Origin: an uncultured bacterium
GTDB taxonomy: Bacteria > Patescibacteriota > Minisyncoccia > Phycocordibacterales > UBA9973
Direction of reading: 5' to 3'
Assembly: GCA_903834665.1 (NCBI GenBank)
Contig: CAILJY010000070.1
Span: forward strand, 1 to 45,132
Length of the DNA stretch: 45,132 nucleotides
The position numbers and the translations under genes are program-made. Below are positions 43,047 through 45,132 of the stretch, one piece after another. Under the pieces are notes generated by a model. It was not told the DNA's origin. It did no database searches and saw only the letters and a list, made by a program, of their open reading frames with translations. Position 1 is the stretch's first letter. Each line of letters begins with the position of its first letter.

Positions 43047-44015
43047 ATGTTTATAGATGAAATAAAATTTTTTGCAAAAGCTGGCCACGGAGGAGACGGG
43101 GTTGTTCGTTGGCGCCGTGAGAAATTTATAGATAAAGGAGGTCCGAACGGTGGAGATGGGGGAAGAGGTGGAGATATATATGCTTTGGCTATTTCTGATA
43201 TTCATTTACTTTCAAAATATAAACACAAAAAAGAATTTGAAGCCGAAAGTGGTTTTGCAGGAGCTGGTGGAAGTAGACATGGTAAAGATGGCAAAGATTT
43301 AATAATTGAATTACCTGTTGGTTCTATTATTACAAATATTGAAAGTGGAGGAAGCGTTTCTCTTAATCAAGCAGGACAAAAAGAATTATTATTGAAAGGC
43401 GGAGTTGGAGGGTATGGTAATGAACAATTTAAAAGTTCTATTAATACAACTCCTGAAAAAGCGACAAAAGGCAAAATTGGAGAAAATGGAAATTTTAAAA
43501 TAGAGCTTGAGCTTTTTGCTGATGTTGGATTAGTTGGATTGCCAAATGCAGGTAAATCTTCACTTTTGAATGCTGTGACAAATGCTCAAGCAAAAATCGG
43601 AAGTTATCAATTTACAACTCTTGACCCAAATTTAGGAGATTTTTTTGGTTATACGATTGCCGATATTCCTGGCCTTATTGAAGGGGCTTCTGATGGTAAG
43701 GGATTAGGAATTAAATTTTTAAAACATATTAAAAGAACTAGAATGTTGGCTCATTTAGTTTCTCTTGATAATAGTGAACCAGTTAAAGTTTATAAACAAA
43801 TTCGTAAAGAACTTGGAGTTTACGACGAGAGTCTTCTCGAAAAAGAAGAAATAATTATTTTAACAAAAACTGATTTAATAGAAGATCAAAAAAAGATTGA
43901 AAAAATTAAAAAAGAATTTATAAAAATTGGTAAACCAGTTTTTACACTTTCCCTTTATGATGATGCTTCTGTGAAAAAGTTAATAGATGATCTTGTAAAA
44001 TTATTGAGAAAATAA
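43047..44015 (+). CDS. obg: GTPase Obg/CgtA (short, no C-terminal TGS-like domain)
   Basis: 322 aa with a Gly-rich Obg fold (GGPNGGDGGRGGDIY) and G domain GLPNAGKSSLLN. Confidence 0.92.
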   Translation: MFIDEIKFFAKAGHGGDGVVRWRREKFIDKGGPNGGDGGRGGDIYALAISDIHLLSKYKHKKEFEAESGFAGAGGSRHGKDGKDLIIELPVGSIITNIESGGSVSLNQAGQKELLLKGGVGGYGNEQFKSSINTTPEKATKGKIGENGNFKIELELFADVGLVGLPNAGKSSLLNAVTNAQAKIGSYQFTTLDPNLGDFFGYTIADIPGLIEGASDGKGLGIKFLKHIKRTRMLAHLVSLDNSEPVKVYKQIRKELGVYDESLLEKEEIIILTKTDLIEDQKKIEKIKKEFIKIGKPVFTLSLYDDASVKKLIDDLVKLLRK

Positions 44016-44039
44016 AAAAATCCCTGAAGGGATTTTTTT
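44014..44039. terminator. Bidirectional terminator after obg
   Basis: aaaaaaatccct-gaa-gggattttttt. Confidence 0.7.
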
Positions 44040-44042
44040 ATT

Positions 44043-44208
44043 TTTGTGCCCCGTGAGGGAATCATGATTACATGTTCGGTCACTCATAATTTTCTGGAGA
44101 AAATTTGTGCGACCCCGACTCAGCTCGTCAGCCTCCGTCTTTCGATTTTTTTAAACATACATTTGGGTATGTTTAAAAATCACAGATTTTGTGCTTCGCA
44201 AAAATTTG
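44043..44208 (+). repeat. Degenerate tRNA-end-mimic element bounded by 21-nt direct repeats of the tRNA-Lys 3' end
   Basis: tttgtgccccgtgagggaatc occurs at 44043-44063 and 44205-44225. Internal hairpins lie at 44088-44105 and 44153-44174, with a T-loop-like tctttcgatt at 44138-44147. Confidence 0.45.
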
Positions 44209-44281
44209 TGCCCCGTGAGGGAATCGAACCCCCGACCATCTCCTTAAGAGGGAGCTGCTCTACCAGCTGAGCTAACAGGGC
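44209..44281 (-). tRNA. tRNA-Lys (anticodon CTT), no encoded CCA
   Basis: Reverse complement gccctgttagctcagctggtagagcagctccctCTTaaggagatggtcgggggttcgattccctcacggggca. Confidence 0.92.
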
Positions 44282-44354
44282 ATGTTAGTTGCGCAATCAT
44301 TATTACAGAAAAAAAATATTTTGTAAACTTATTGTCTATGATATAATATAAAAT

Positions 44355-44675
44355 ATGAATGAAAAATTAGATAATTTTGGACTTAAGCCAGTTAATGAAC
44401 CAATTGATGAATCAATAATAGAAGTTCCTTCTTTTGAAGAGTTAGAGATTTTAAAAGAAACTGATTTTGATGAATATATTAAATGGATAGATTATATTGC
44501 AAAAACAAAAGAGGAAGAACATATAAAAGAATTAGTAGAACAAGAAAGAATAGAGAAATTAAATAAAGATAATAAAGATAATAAAGATAATAAAGATAAT
44601 AAAGAAAATGAACCAACTGGTTTTAAAGAGGATAGAGAGGATAGAAAAAAAAGAAATATGTATGGACAAAATTAA
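44355..44675 (+). CDS. Hypothetical acidic protein with (NKD)n repeat
   Basis: 106 aa. A 9-nt tandem repeat (aaagataat, about 4.5 copies) at 44565-44606 encodes NKDNKDNKDNKDNKEN. Confidence 0.45.
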   Translation: MNEKLDNFGLKPVNEPIDESIIEVPSFEELEILKETDFDEYIKWIDYIAKTKEEEHIKELVEQERIEKLNKDNKDNKDNKDNKENEPTGFKEDREDRKKRNMYGQN

Positions 44676-44680
44676 TTAAT

Positions 44681-44705
44681 AAAACCCCTTAATATAAGGG
44701 GTTTT
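44681..44705. terminator. Bidirectional terminator
   Basis: aaaacccctta-atat-aaggggtttt. Confidence 0.65.
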
Positions 44706-44734
44706 ATTAATCCTCAGATTAGTTATTATAGGGG

Positions 44735-44762
44735 TTGACTTCTTTTATTATATGTATATAAT
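44735..44762 (+). promoter_or_regulatory. rRNA operon promoter
   Basis: TTGACT (44735-44740), 16-nt spacer, TATAAT (44757-44762), about 220 nt upstream of the 16S 5' end. Leader hairpins atctcgc-aggt-gcgagat and atttcata-cgaa-tatgaaat follow. Confidence 0.6.
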
Positions 44763-44982
44763 GGAATCCACAGTCTGTTTTATATCGGGCTGTTTTAATT
44801 TCTTTGAAATTTGAATAGGTATAGTTCTTAATTTAACTTTTTTAAAAGACGAAGTTATATAAGAACAAATCATAAATCAAGCAAGTAAGAATCTCGCAGG
44901 TGCGAGATATATTTCATACGAATATGAAATGAAACCAGTAAATGTAACAAAAGTATTTTTTCTTTTGTTCCGTTCTATTTTT

Positions 44983-45132
44983 AAGTAGAGTTTGATCCTA
45001 GCTCAGGATGAACGCTGGCGGCGTGGATAAGGCATGCAAGTCGAACGGACTTTATTTTTCCCGAGATGCGATTATATCAATTCAAAGGTCGTTTAAAGTT
45101 AGTGGCGAACGAGGTAGTAATACATAGGAACT
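44983..45132 (+). rRNA. rrs: 16S rRNA, 5' end only (continues beyond the window)
   Basis: agagtttgatcctagctcaggatgaacgctggcggcgtg...gcatgcaagtcgaacgg...agtggcgaacgaggtagtaat. The universal 27F site carries an A where the consensus has G (cctAgctcag). Confidence 0.9.

Noticed and set aside
44043-44225. Integrated prophage or genomic island at tRNA-Lys, suggested by att-like direct repeats
   Set aside because: Only 141 bp lie between the repeats. There is no integrase or any CDS. I kept it as a finding only as a possible scar or miniature element.
44046-44270. 74-aa plus-strand ORF (MPREGIMITC...VPREGIEPPTISLRGSCSTS)
   Set aside because: Its repeated PREGI motif is simply the translated antisense of the duplicated tRNA-Lys 3' end. 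It overlaps the tRNA gene.
1-45132. Alternative genetic code (UGA recoding, as in some CPR lineages)
   Set aside because: All conserved genes are full length and uninterrupted under the standard bacterial code, so no recoding is needed.

Overview
Strongly AT-rich, gene-dense window whose reduced housekeeping proteins and 16S 5' end (AGAGTTTGATCCTAGCTCAG) suggest a small-genome bacterium, probably Patescibacteria/CPR (inference only). I call about 40 CDS: rnj, secG, rbfA, infB, clpB, hppA, parB, RelA/SpoT, topA, glmS, dprA, serS, dus, dnaX, rmuC, obg and others. I also call 5 tRNAs (Leu-TAG, Cys-GCA, Tyr-GTA, Gln-TTG, Lys-CTT) and the first ~150 nt of a 16S rRNA. There is no recognisable defence island, prophage, CRISPR array or transposase. 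The unusual content is mostly non-coding. (1) A family of ~135-nt structured elements sits next to four of the five tRNA genes. Each is bracketed by an inverted repeat built from the T-loop, T-stem and acceptor 3' strand of its own neighbouring tRNA. Inside is a conserved core with covarying stems and an invariant CTTACAG loop. The tRNA-Tyr copies are tandem (2.3 x 137 nt), and their substitutions favour a folded RNA transcribed convergently towards the tRNA. (2) An 81-bp GC-rich palindromic element is inserted in-frame, in two different reading frames, in the cysteine desulfurase and dus genes. This resembles the Rickettsia palindromic elements. dus also carries a 39-nt GC-rich in-frame hairpin insertion, and related long hairpin elements lie in intergenic DNA. 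(3) Secondary items are a 568-aa Cys-rich zinc-ribbon protein with an internal duplication, a highly expressed-looking leaderless gene for a secreted N/Y-rich repeat peptide, an rmuC-N-terminus::exonuclease-C-terminus chimeric pseudogene, a tRNA-Cys 5'-half duplicate, and an orphan promoter/terminator-bounded candidate ncRNA. All functional interpretations of the repeats are inference. No database search or folding computation was possible.
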